Positions 18,791 to 27,580 of a DNA stretch of 64,000 bases are shown here, piece by piece. The position numbers and the translations under genes were made by a program. The notes beneath the pieces were generated by a model. The model was given only the letters and a program-made list of their open reading frames with translations. It was not told the origin of the DNA and ran no database searches. Position 1 is the stretch's first letter. Every line of letters begins with the position of its first letter. Source of the stretch: a virus. Lineage: Duplodnaviria; Caudoviricetes. The stretch is from the IMG/VR virus record IMGVR_UViG_3300028832_000118, positions 25,581 to 89,580 of that record; one strand, written 5' to 3'.

Positions 18791-19337
18791 CCTTAACCCT
18801 AATTTGAACTGTTTTCAAAAACTCTATAAACTGCAACAAGTAGGGTTCAACCACCTTATAAATTGCAGAGCTTTTATCATCATCCTGATATGGGAATTTG
18901 AAGCCGCCCATAAATTTTGCGACTGCCGCCCGTATAGCGTCAACCCTCCTACAATTTTTTACATCCTCCATAGCCTCCGCAAAGGCACGCCCAGCGGTCA
19001 GGAATATATCAAAAACATAAACCTTCACACAAAGCTCCAAATCATCCCTCCTTACGTTTTTTGCCATAGCGTTAAACACGTTGGTATAAATATACATAAC
19101 CTTATCATAAGTCGTATCTACAAGCTCACAAATAGCGTCTTCAGTCGTTTTATCGTTATCCCTGCTTACACTACGCCAAAAACTTGAAAACTCTGCATTT
19201 ACATCACCCCAATAGTAACGCTTAAAAGCGTCATTTTTCATAGTATAGATATTGACCCAATAATCGTTAGCCAATCGGATAAAGAACATGCTGATGAGCC
19301 TTATGCGTGCCTGACTATTTATGATATTCGCTTCCAT
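18780..19337 (-). CDS. Hypothetical protein
   Basis: 185 aa ORF, coupled to its neighbours. Confidence 0.55.
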   Translation of the reverse strand: MEANIINSQARIRLISMFFIRLANDYWVNIYTMKNDAFKRYYWGDVNAEFSSFWRSVSRDNDKTTEDAICELVDTTYDKVMYIYTNVFNAMAKNVRRDDLELCVKVYVFDIFLTAGRAFAEAMEDVKNCRRVDAIRAAVAKFMGGFKFPYQDDDKSSAIYKVVEPYLLQFIEFLKTVQIRVKDAR

Positions 19338-19339
19338 AA

Positions 19340-20002
19340 TTATTTAGCACACTTAAATTCAAAAAACTCATCCCCCTTCTTTCTGCCATCCTCCCCCGCA
19401 CCTACTACAACCGCCTTATCCGCTCTCAGCTTCTTAACGTACCAACGCAACAAATCGGCGGTCGCCTCTACATCGTTCATAGCTCCGTGCGCATCCGTCA
19501 GTTTCACCCCTGCACGCTTGCAGCACATTCCAAGATTCAATTTTGCCTCTCTATCCGTACCCCAAGCCAGCTTGCCAATCGCAAACGTGTCTATGAAATT
19601 CGGATGGTGGTAGTGAAAAAATCCTCCCTTTGCGCCTGCGTATTTCAAAGCACAATCTACAAAACGAATATCAAACGGGACATTATGCCCTACGGCAATC
19701 AACCGCCCCAGCTCCCTATTCTTTGCGCTCGCCTGCCATTCATCCCACCAGCCCGTAACCGCATCAACAAACTCTTTAATATTCACCCCACTATTTATAT
19801 CAGACATGCTTACCATAGTAGATTTAAGCGCAATCGGCTCTATGGTAAGATTGTTATATGGCTTTACAAAAGTTTCAAATCTATCCTTAACCTTTAACGT
19901 ACATCCATCCAGCACCATTGCCGCATACTGGGTTATAGGGTTTCGGGTTTCGTCAAGCCCTCCCGTTTCAACGTCAAAAACAATATAGTCGCTCTTTATC
20001 AT
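19340..20002 (-). CDS. DEDDh 3'-5' exonuclease (DNA Pol III epsilon-like)
   Basis: VFDVETGG (ExoI), VGHNVPFDI (ExoII), AHGAMNDV (ExoIII). Confidence 0.9.
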   Translation of the reverse strand: MIKSDYIVFDVETGGLDETRNPITQYAAMVLDGCTLKVKDRFETFVKPYNNLTIEPIALKSTMVSMSDINSGVNIKEFVDAVTGWWDEWQASAKNRELGRLIAVGHNVPFDIRFVDCALKYAGAKGGFFHYHHPNFIDTFAIGKLAWGTDREAKLNLGMCCKRAGVKLTDAHGAMNDVEATADLLRWYVKKLRADKAVVVGAGEDGRKKGDEFFEFKCAK

Positions 20003-20041
20003 AATTCTCTAAATCTGCATTATTAGTAGTAGTAACGATGT

Positions 20042-20278
20042 CTATTTTTTATACATCTTATCCAAATGCTTCCAACCAAGCACCTTATATTTCCAACCAC
20101 CGCCTCTCTTAACGTAAATTTTTACATAGTTTTTCAAATCCCATTTTTGCTCATCAGCAGGCGCAACCTTCGCCAGCTCCCCCCGTTTCAAATCCATATA
20201 TTTAACCATAAATTCAGGTAAACTCTTGGAAATGTTCAAAAACTTTGGTAAACTCTCTTTTGTTAAAATCGCTTTCAT
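20042..20278 (-). CDS. Hypothetical protein (start re-called at MKAILTK)
   Basis: The ORF-track start at 20338 lies inside the HU terminator; the ATG at 20278 follows the promoter motif. Confidence 0.55.
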   Translation of the reverse strand: MKAILTKESLPKFLNISKSLPEFMVKYMDLKRGELAKVAPADEQKWDLKNYVKIYVKRGGGWKYKVLGWKHLDKMYKK

Positions 20279-20308
20279 ATCTCGTTTTTTAATTATTATT
20301 CTACAATA

Positions 20309-20323
20309 AATAACTTTGGTAAA
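20309..20323 (-). promoter_or_regulatory. Phage promoter motif copy (TTTACCAAAGTTATT)
   Basis: Identical 15-mer also at 30536-30550 and 47318-47332; directly follows a terminator. Confidence 0.65.
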
Positions 20324-20325
20324 AT

Positions 20326-20355
20326 AAAAAAACCCCAATTTTATATTGGGGTTTT
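20326..20355 (-). terminator. Rho-independent terminator after HU
   Basis: Stem AACCCCAAT/ATTGGGGTT plus a T run on the minus strand. Confidence 0.75.
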
Positions 20356-20383
20356 CATTTGAAGCAATGGCGTGAAAATAAAC

Positions 20384-20680
20384 TTACTTCTTTGCTTTAT
20401 TTTTTGTTTCAACCACTGCCTTAACAGAAGCGGTCGGGGTAAATTTAATAGTATGACTTTCGGGGACATCCATAGGCTTCTTGGTCAATGGATTGATACC
20501 CTTCTTGGCTGGATTGACTTTCTGCTTAAATCTGCCAAGGCTGGGGATGTTTACTTCGCCACCTCTATCTCTGCACTCGGTAATAATTACCTCTGTAAGA
20601 GTGTTAATGGCTTCGTTCACCTGTGACTGCGACAATGAACATTTTCCTGCAACTTCTTTTAACAATTCATCTTTTTTCAT
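20384..20680 (-). CDS. hup: HU/IHF-family DNA-binding protein
   Basis: MKKDELLKEVA...VNIPSLGRF...GINPLTKKPMDVPESHTIKFTP. Confidence 0.92.
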   Translation of the reverse strand: MKKDELLKEVAGKCSLSQSQVNEAINTLTEVIITECRDRGGEVNIPSLGRFKQKVNPAKKGINPLTKKPMDVPESHTIKFTPTASVKAVVETKNKAKK

Positions 20681-20699
20681 AATTCAAAACTTTTTAAGA

Positions 20700-20975
20700 T
20701 TAAACTTCAATTACATTTATGCCTAATGCTTCAATTTCAACTAACAATTTTTCAAATCTCTCATCCCTCATCTTCTCACTATCGTATAAACATTCATCGC
20801 TCTGCACCTCCTTTCCGTTATCTGCACTCCTATTTATAGCTATCCCATATTGGTAGGTCATAACACGCTCATTCAGCCGCTCAAACTTCTCTATCCTATT
20901 TATCCCCCTCAGATTTATCGCCACTCGGAAATCGGGCAAATACACCAGCGTCTTAAAGTAGATTTTTTCATCCAT
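20700..20975 (-). CDS. Hypothetical protein
   Basis: 91 aa, coupled. Confidence 0.55.
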   Translation of the reverse strand: MDEKIYFKTLVYLPDFRVAINLRGINRIEKFERLNERVMTYQYGIAINRSADNGKEVQSDECLYDSEKMRDERFEKLLVEIEALGINVIEV

Positions 20976-21685
20976 TACATCCCCCCTTCCCTCTTTGCGC
21001 TTTCAAAACCTCTAACGGCACTATTCATAGCCTCCATAGCCTCATCGGAAATAATGCTGGGAAAGATATTCCAATAGTACGTCTTAACCTCACAACCCAT
21101 ACAGGTGAAAAATCCCAACCGCAATCCTACAAACTCTTTAACCCCGTTCACCTTCAACCACATTCCCTCTATCTCTTCATCTTTGCGCTTCAAGCCTTCA
21201 AACTCCACTATAACGCTTACATCGCCACCTAACTTTTTGAAATTGCAAGTGAGGTTAATACGCTGCAAAGCATCTTCATTTAGCTTCTTGGAGCCGACAA
21301 GGTTAGCATCAGGCAAAACGGAAATCAAAGCACCTAAATCACTTTTTGAAATTATGATGCTCTCTCTATCTAACCTATCTTTCAAAATTCCAATCTCTTT
21401 TACAGCATCTAACATTCTACCAGCTTCCTCTGCCCGTTCTTTCGTTTCGCTCAAAACGTTGAATGAGATAATGCGCTTAATGGTAAAGGCTCTTTTCAAA
21501 TCTACCCAGCGTCCATCTGAAAAATAGACGTTTTTATCATCAACTCTTTCAACCAGGTTAATACCAAGCCCGTGCTGTCTAAATTTAGGTTTAAGCTCAC
21601 TAACGACAAAAACCAAGTCACCCTCTTTTGCCGCCCGTTTTGACAGCAGCAAGATTTTTTTATCAAACTTAACAATTCTTTTCAT
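20975..21685 (-). CDS. Hypothetical protein
   Basis: 236 aa, coupled. Confidence 0.55.
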   Translation of the reverse strand: MKRIVKFDKKILLLSKRAAKEGDLVFVVSELKPKFRQHGLGINLVERVDDKNVYFSDGRWVDLKRAFTIKRIISFNVLSETKERAEEAGRMLDAVKEIGILKDRLDRESIIISKSDLGALISVLPDANLVGSKKLNEDALQRINLTCNFKKLGGDVSVIVEFEGLKRKDEEIEGMWLKVNGVKEFVGLRLGFFTCMGCEVKTYYWNIFPSIISDEAMEAMNSAVRGFESAKREGGM

Positions 21686-21857
21686 TGTACTCTCTAATTT
21701 TTAATCCATTAATAACTTTATATCCCATACGTTTCAAAGCCACTTCCACTCTATCACGACTTGGAGCATCCACGATGGTCTTTACCTGCTTTATCTGCAT
21801 ACGCTCTTCCATAGAGCCGAAAAATTTTACACTATACAACATAACTCCTAATGCCAA
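21669..21857 (-). CDS. Hypothetical protein (true start probably about 21808)
   Basis: Short ORF between coupled neighbours. Confidence 0.4.
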   Translation of the reverse strand: MALGVMLYSVKFFGSMEERMQIKQVKTIVDAPSRDRVEVALKRMGYKVINGLKIREYNEKNC

Positions 21858-22048
21858 AATTTCAAAACAAAGTAAAAAACCAATCTCGCAATCCTATACA
21901 AAATATAAACCAAAACTCCAATAATGAACGCTGAAGTGATAAATTGAATAAATCCGTAACTTGTATAAGATAAATAGGACAAAAACATCAGCCCTGCCCA
22001 AAGCAGCACGCAAACGATGGCGGCAATAATTTTGAATTTCTTTACCAT
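21848..22048 (-). CDS. Small membrane protein (2 TM)
   Basis: Two hydrophobic stretches. Confidence 0.55.
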   Translation of the reverse strand: MVKKFKIIAAIVCVLLWAGLMFLSYLSYTSYGFIQFITSAFIIGVLVYILYRIARLVFYFVLKFWH

Positions 22049-22230
22049 ACCAAACTATCTACGATTTCAAAAAACTTTTCAAGCACTTTCAAATCCCAAA
22101 CCTTCTTTCCCATCTCATTCGCTAACAGAGTCAAATACGGGTTAATCTCCCCAATATTCTTACTCATAATTTCATCTTTGCTGCTAAAATCAGCCTTGAG
22201 CATTTCGCTCACTGTTCTTTTTTCTTCCAT
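22042..22230 (-). CDS. Hypothetical protein
   Basis: 62 aa. Confidence 0.5.
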   Translation of the reverse strand: MEEKRTVSEMLKADFSSKDEIMSKNIGEINPYLTLLANEMGKKVWDLKVLEKFFEIVDSLVW

Positions 22231-22255
22231 TTTTCTTTTGTTTATAGGTTAATAA

Positions 22256-22468
22256 TTAAAATCCATTCTCTTTATTTAACTCATCAATTTTTTCTGCACT
22301 TACGGCAACAAGGTTATAATAATCGCCACTTTTTGCCTCTTTCAGATACGATTCAATTTCATCATTACTTTTTCCACACTCCCTCATCGCTCTGCGTACA
22401 TACGCCATAATGAAATATGCGTTTCCGTCAACGCCAACCAAGCTATACTCTTTTTTATTTTTTGCCAT
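22256..22468 (-). CDS. Conserved small phage protein
   Basis: LVGVDGNAYFIMAYVRRAM...SGDYYNL motif that I recall from many phages. Confidence 0.6.
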   Translation of the reverse strand: MAKNKKEYSLVGVDGNAYFIMAYVRRAMRECGKSNDEIESYLKEAKSGDYYNLVAVSAEKIDELNKENGF

Positions 22469-22886
22469 CTTTTCTGCTTTTTTCTAAATCGTTCATCGCT
22501 TCTATAAACTTTGGCACGTTTACAAAGCAAACGCCAACCCCTTTGCGTGGATGGATAAAGGTAAAATTTTTATTCATATACTCAACCGCATCCTTAATAG
22601 CCTGCTGCCGTGCCTCGCTCTCTTTCCCCTCAAATTGCTTATCTTTCCAGCGCGCCATTTTCATCGCTCCAAGATAGGTAGCCATTTTCATCGGGGTACC
22701 ATACGCCATAGCCTCTGAAATCTCCTGAGCCCTCGCCTCGTTCTCTCCCCCGTTATCCAAGATGAACTCATCTTCATTCTTCTGCATTACTCTTATAAAT
22801 TCATCGACAAAAGTCTTGGCAACCATAGGGTGGATTTTACCAGCCAGTGCCTCTCTTAAATAATCTGCTGCAACTTTAATATCCAT
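22455..22886 (-). CDS. Hypothetical protein
   Basis: 143 aa. Confidence 0.55.
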   Translation of the reverse strand: MDIKVAADYLREALAGKIHPMVAKTFVDEFIRVMQKNEDEFILDNGGENEARAQEISEAMAYGTPMKMATYLGAMKMARWKDKQFEGKESEARQQAIKDAVEYMNKNFTFIHPRKGVGVCFVNVPKFIEAMNDLEKSRKDGKK

Positions 22887-22888
22887 TA

Positions 22889-23740
22889 CTAACTCTTTTT
22901 ATTTTTCAAATTAATTACTTTTTCCATATCTTTTTCAGCGGCATACCCTATTGACGTTTTTACCTCTTCTGGGTCAGAAGGTTTACCAATTAAAGACACA
23001 TTATAAATTAAACCATTAGCAGTTTTTTCAATGCTGTCAATATGATATTTTTCGCCTCTATATCTAATCCTATCTCCAGCTGTAAATTTTGGAATAGGTT
23101 TCTGCTCAATAAGTTCGCCCCATTCATCCATTCGTGATATTTCAATGTTTTTAATATTGTGTTCTTTATTCAAAATGCCTTGTTTTCCATCTGTAAAGAT
23201 TTCAACCTTATATTCTAAATTTCCAAGTTCATTGATGATGCCTACTTCAAGAATTTTGTAGGTTAGCCTACGATTTTTTATACTCACAACCTTGTCACCA
23301 ACTCTAAATTTAGGGATAATGGGCTTCTGCTCTTGCTTTGGCTGTGGAAGTACTCTGTCTTTGAGTAACTTGAGCCATTTAAGTGCTTTATCATAATCAA
23401 GTATTCCCGCACAATCATCACCTCCATTTTGAATGATTCTGATTGCAATATCTAATGCATCTTCATCCTCTTCACTCCAAGCAGATTTTTGTTCACCTTG
23501 CTTTTCGAGCCAAGCAAGTGCTCCGTCAATATACGCACCAATTACTATACTTCGACCTTGTGGATTAGAACCTTCATAATGTTCTTTATACCACGCTTCC
23601 GCATCTTTTTTTATTTCTTTCCTTATCTGCTCATCCTCACTCTCCTTGAGTTCGGGAAAGATTGTTTCTAACTTTTCTTTCTGTTCCTGTGATAATTCTT
23701 TATTATTCAACAGAGTAATTAATTTTTCTTTGTAGTTCAT
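22889..23740 (-). CDS. Mosaic short-module protein (ESEDE.IRK / W.EEDE / PKFxxGD modules)
   Basis: EQK(S/P) linkers; two PKF(R/T)xGD(K/R) modules. Confidence 0.55.
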   Translation of the reverse strand: MNYKEKLITLLNNKELSQEQKEKLETIFPELKESEDEQIRKEIKKDAEAWYKEHYEGSNPQGRSIVIGAYIDGALAWLEKQGEQKSAWSEEDEDALDIAIRIIQNGGDDCAGILDYDKALKWLKLLKDRVLPQPKQEQKPIIPKFRVGDKVVSIKNRRLTYKILEVGIINELGNLEYKVEIFTDGKQGILNKEHNIKNIEISRMDEWGELIEQKPIPKFTAGDRIRYRGEKYHIDSIEKTANGLIYNVSLIGKPSDPEEVKTSIGYAAEKDMEKVINLKNKKS

Positions 23741-23783
23741 ATTATAATATATTTTTTAAAAATCTCCTAATACATAAACTTCA

Positions 23784-24200
23784 TTAAACTAAATTAGTTA
23801 AACAATATTTTATTGCATCTTCAACTGCTTCTTCGTAATTATCAAATACATGAATACTTATTTTTAAGTATTCTGTAGGTTTTTCAGTTTTTTGAATACC
23901 CCATCTATATCCAACTTTTTTATTGTCAGAAATCAATTCATATTCATCATAATCCATTGTTATTATTATTCCTTTTTCTCTTAACCAAGCCATAGCCATT
24001 TGGTGAGTAGGGGCTGAAAAATAAATATCATCCAGCTCATCACCAAGAGTGTTCCAATTTTCTGCACTTTGATATATAGCAATAGCCGCAGGACAATTAA
24101 CTAACTTGCTGTGGTCAATCCATACTGAATGTATAGATACATCAAACCCTTTCTCTTTTAAGAGTTTAGCAACTTCAAAAGATACATAATCTTCTTTCAT
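23784..24200 (-). CDS. Conserved hypothetical phage protein
   Basis: EDYVSFEVAKLLKEKGF...SAPTHQMAMAWLRE...YEEA pattern that I recall from Bacteroidota phages. Confidence 0.6.
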   Translation of the reverse strand: MKEDYVSFEVAKLLKEKGFDVSIHSVWIDHSKLVNCPAAIAIYQSAENWNTLGDELDDIYFSAPTHQMAMAWLREKGIIITMDYDEYELISDNKKVGYRWGIQKTEKPTEYLKISIHVFDNYEEAVEDAIKYCLTNLV

Positions 24201-24293
24201 AGTTATAATTATTAAAAGTTATACATACCTTCTGGTGCTTCAAAAGCCAACCCTTTGCGGCTTCTAAATTTGCATTGTATTTTTCTTTACTCA

Positions 24294-25184
24294 TTATTCG
24301 TATTTTTTAATTTCCAAATCAATTACTTTTTCCATCGCTCTCTTTTTCTCCAAATCCTTTGCGCTACCGCTTTCGTCATACTTCTTTTGCGCCTCTCTCA
24401 TTTTCTCTACCATCTTAAAAAAATTCTCAGGTGTCATTCTCTTTACTTTTTTATCGTTTTTATCTTTTTTTTCTTTTCTATCTAATTCAACCCAAAGCCC
24501 ATTCGCCACCATCTTACTAATCCAATCAGCACGCTCTTTATTTACATTTTCAAGGGTGCTATGAGTATATTGCCAATAAGTAGATACCCACCGCCCATCG
24601 GGCATTAAAACTCTGTCTATCTTATAAAATTTGAAAGTTGATAAATCTAACCTCAGGCTATCACCGCACGACACCGCCCCCCTCGCACTATTATACAAGA
24701 GGTTCATCAAACACATACGGGCTGCGGTGTATGAAATATCATTGCCGTAAATTTCAGGCTCCATCCCCTCGCTTCGGGACTGCTCCAGCCCTGCCAATAG
24801 CGTTCTGCCGCTACCACAACACGGGTCATTTATCGTTCCACCATCAGGCTTTATTATCTGCGCCATCATCTTGCAAATGTTATCAGGTGTAAAAAACTGC
24901 CCATTCTGCCCGTGCGAAATACGTTCCATAAACATATCCCCTAATGGGTCACGATACCCTTCAGCGGCATCGCTATAAAATTCCAAAGCCTCTAAAAACA
25001 GCCTCTTTCGCTCCGCATCCCCAAATGTCTTTGTTAAAAGCTCTTTTTGCTGAGGGTTAGGGTTATTGCAAAGCAGCCCTAATGATAAGTCAAGAAAATC
25101 TGAAAACAAGTCGGAAAAGCTCAAGCCCCTGCCTAAGCTCATTCTCTCTATCGCTCTCTCCAAACTGCTGCCCGTTTTTTTCAT
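24294..25184 (-). CDS. HsdM/N6-MTase-like SAM-binding protein lacking an NPP(Y/F) motif
   Basis: GQFFTP, INDPCCGSGRTL and YGNDI present; no catalytic NPPY/F anywhere in the 296 aa. Confidence 0.7.
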   Translation of the reverse strand: MKKTGSSLERAIERMSLGRGLSFSDLFSDFLDLSLGLLCNNPNPQQKELLTKTFGDAERKRLFLEALEFYSDAAEGYRDPLGDMFMERISHGQNGQFFTPDNICKMMAQIIKPDGGTINDPCCGSGRTLLAGLEQSRSEGMEPEIYGNDISYTAARMCLMNLLYNSARGAVSCGDSLRLDLSTFKFYKIDRVLMPDGRWVSTYWQYTHSTLENVNKERADWISKMVANGLWVELDRKEKKDKNDKKVKRMTPENFFKMVEKMREAQKKYDESGSAKDLEKKRAMEKVIDLEIKKYE

Positions 25185-25909
25185 TAGAATATATTTTTCA
25201 ATTTACAAAATCCATTATTATCATAATCCATCCTTCTCCACCATACCCTACATTTTTTTTCAAACCAATCCTCTTTGCCTAAACGCTGAAGATGGGCTTG
25301 AATAAGGTTCATTATTATCGGGATAGGGTAAAAATAGCGTTCCTTGGTAAATAGGTTTATTCCGTCATAATCAAAACCAGCAATACAAATGCACTTTTTA
25401 CCAATATCGTTTTTTTCGTCAAATACGGGGTGAAGATGATTTATAGGGATAATCTTACCACCTACGCTATTAAACAGCCTCAAATCGGCTTGTTTTGCCC
25501 TCAAACGGGGGTTTTCGCTACGTGCAACCTCAAAGAAAAGCACGCTTGGGTCAAATCCCTTATAATGAAGACGGGATAAAACTAATTTCAACCCTACTTT
25601 ATAGAGGTCATTTCCAATCCCACTCTCTCGCCAGCTCTCCTCAACCGCAATAGCAGATAACATCAACCCGTTGCACCGCTCAAAATAATCGTAAACCGCC
25701 AGCCCTACGGGAATATCAAAATTCCAAGCTAAAACAATAAACACTTTCGGCTCATCTGCATGTAGTCGGGTGACAATCTGATAAAAATCCTCTTTTAGAG
25801 TATCGGGAATTGAAGATTGATAGATGGTGCTGAACCGCTCTAACGGCAAAATATTTTCCAAATGATTTTCACTCGTTATTAGTTTGAATGATAAATTTCG
25901 CTGCTCCAT
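25184..25909 (-). CDS. GNAT-family acetyltransferase (start re-called at MEQRN)
   Basis: LSAIAVEESWRESGIGNDL acetyl-CoA-binding motif A; the ORF-track N-terminal extension overlaps the upstream gene. Confidence 0.7.
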   Translation of the reverse strand: MEQRNLSFKLITSENHLENILPLERFSTIYQSSIPDTLKEDFYQIVTRLHADEPKVFIVLAWNFDIPVGLAVYDYFERCNGLMLSAIAVEESWRESGIGNDLYKVGLKLVLSRLHYKGFDPSVLFFEVARSENPRLRAKQADLRLFNSVGGKIIPINHLHPVFDEKNDIGKKCICIAGFDYDGINLFTKERYFYPIPIIMNLIQAHLQRLGKEDWFEKKCRVWWRRMDYDNNGFCKLKNIF

Positions 25910-25913
25910 AATC

Positions 25914-26120
25914 CTATTTGTTATTTTTTGATAAAAAGATAAAGGCGAAAAGCAACACCCCCATCCAAGACGTAATTGAAAGAATAAGAGCGGCTGGAAT
26001 AGCCAGCAGGACATCCGCCAGCCTCTTTGCACAAATTACATACTCAATAAAGGTTAGGGCAAACATCGCCACACATCCCGTAACGTAAACAAGTGCTAAC
26101 ATAATTTTCAATACTAACAT
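25914..26120 (-). CDS. Small membrane protein (2 TM)
   Basis: Two hydrophobic helices. Confidence 0.55.
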   Translation of the reverse strand: MLVLKIMLALVYVTGCVAMFALTFIEYVICAKRLADVLLAIPAALILSITSWMGVLLFAFIFLSKNNK

Positions 26121-26140
26121 AAAACTATTTTATAACAATA

Positions 26141-26154
26141 AAAACTTTGGTAAA
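26141..26154 (-). promoter_or_regulatory. Phage promoter motif variant (TTTACCAAAGTTTT)
   Basis: About 21 bp upstream of the ATG at 26120, directly after a terminator. Confidence 0.5.
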
Positions 26155-26155
26155 T

Positions 26156-26185
26156 AAAAAAAAGAGGGGATTTTCAACCCCCTCT
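26156..26185 (-). terminator. Rho-independent terminator
   Basis: AGAGGGG/CCCCTCT stem plus a T run on the minus strand. Confidence 0.7.
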
Positions 26186-26201
26186 CCCTAACCCCTATTA
26201 T

Positions 26202-26624
26202 TTATAAATCTAAAATGCCAAACTGCTTCACCTCTACATCTGAATAGGCTCTACGGAGCGTAACCGAATAAAAGCATTTGGCAAGCCGCAAAGCGTTGAA
26301 TGTGCATTCTTTGCCCTCGCTGCACTGATAAGCGGCACATTGGATAAAATCGTACACCCTCGCCTCCAATGTGTGACGGCTATACGATTTTTTACGGATA
26401 ACACTCAAAATAGCCTCTTTTTCATCCCTGCTAATAGGCTTCCAATCCTCTATCGCCATATTATCCTTATAGCGGTAATTCACCGCCTCTACGTTAGTAT
26501 TATAAAAATCTTTTGCCCACTCCTCAATCTTATCCTCATTAGCATAAACATCACCACTATAAAGGTAATTAAACACCACTGCCAGTTTGCGGTACTCTTT
26601 TTTCTCAATTACAAATGCGCTCAT
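26202..26624 (-). CDS. Hypothetical protein
   Basis: 140 aa between two terminators. Confidence 0.6.
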   Translation of the reverse strand: MSAFVIEKKEYRKLAVVFNYLYSGDVYANEDKIEEWAKDFYNTNVEAVNYRYKDNMAIEDWKPISRDEKEAILSVIRKKSYSRHTLEARVYDFIQCAAYQCSEGKECTFNALRLAKCFYSVTLRRAYSDVEVKQFGILDL

Positions 26625-26645
26625 TTTTTTCGTTTTTAGGTTAAT

Positions 26646-26675
26646 AAAAAAGGCGGCAGCGATTAGGTTGTCGCC
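26646..26675 (-). terminator. Rho-independent terminator
   Basis: Minus strand GGCGACAAC-CTAATC-GCTGCCGCC followed by TTTTTT. Confidence 0.7.
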
Positions 26676-26692
26676 CGTTAATTTAATTGCCG

Positions 26693-27310
26693 TTATGCGG
26701 TTTTTTTCGCTGTTCTCTTGGCTCTGCGTGCCGCTCTCTTTGCCTCTGCCTGCGTGCGCGCCAAATACGCTGCATAAAGGGGGCTTTTAATTGACTTCCA
26801 ATCGAATTTTCCTGGTCTCCACTCTAACCAAGCCCACTTGCCATTTTCATGAATGTCGCCTTCGTTATGCTTATTTTCTTTACCCCCGTGCCACTTCCCG
26901 TTTTTACTCTTCCAATCGCACTTGCCATTCCCAAGGTCAGTCCAAATCCACTTCCCGTTAGGATGCACCTCACCAACCACGTGCTTCGGGGCTGCACCTC
27001 TCTTGGCAGGCTGGGCGGTGGTATCGGTTTTCTTTGCCTTCGGTGCTTCGGCTTTCTTGGTCTGCTTCTTAGCAGGTTTAAGGGCTGCAATGTAAGCCTC
27101 TACATACGGGCGCAATTCTGCCAGCTCGTTAAATTTTTCGCATAAATCCAGCTCACCCTTTAAGGCTTGCAGATTATCTGTTTCAAATAAAATACGGGTG
27201 GCAAACTCTTTGCGCATACGGGCGGCTGGTCTGCGGCTATTGCTAATAGCGGACATTTTCACGTTAGCAACTTCATTGAATTTTGCGGTGGCGGTTTTTT
27301 TCGTTTCCAT
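26693..27310 (-). CDS. Basic K/A/R-rich early protein with two GKWxW...GKxDW modules
   Basis: HVVGEVHPNGKWIWTDLGNGKCDWKS and HNEGDIHENGKWAWLEWRPGKFDWKS; no KSF leader. Confidence 0.6.
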   Translation of the reverse strand: METKKTATAKFNEVANVKMSAISNSRRPAARMRKEFATRILFETDNLQALKGELDLCEKFNELAELRPYVEAYIAALKPAKKQTKKAEAPKAKKTDTTAQPAKRGAAPKHVVGEVHPNGKWIWTDLGNGKCDWKSKNGKWHGGKENKHNEGDIHENGKWAWLEWRPGKFDWKSIKSPLYAAYLARTQAEAKRAARRAKRTAKKTA

Positions 27311-27361
27311 AGTTTTGAATTTTTAATTGTTAATAATTTTGTTTCGTTTAATTTTACGTCG

Positions 27362-27389
27362 CAAAGATACGGCAAAAAATAATACAAAA
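27362..27389 (-). promoter_or_regulatory. Host-type (Bacteroidota primary sigma) early promoter
   Basis: Minus strand TTTG...TATCTTTGCG matches the TAnnTTTG -7 element, about 50 bp upstream of the ATG at 27310. Confidence 0.75.
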
Positions 27390-27580
27390 CGCACTTTTGA
27401 AAAAATTTTTTTTATTTTTTTTCTCAATGTAAATCAATGAGTTACGGATGTCGTCAAAATTTTTTTAGAAAATGAATAAAAAAAATGCCAAAATTTTCGG
27501 AGTGATTTTGGCAAATTTAGTAAAAATGGTAAAAATTCTATTCCGCTTTCCAGCCTTATTTCAAGGCTTAAAATGCTTGT

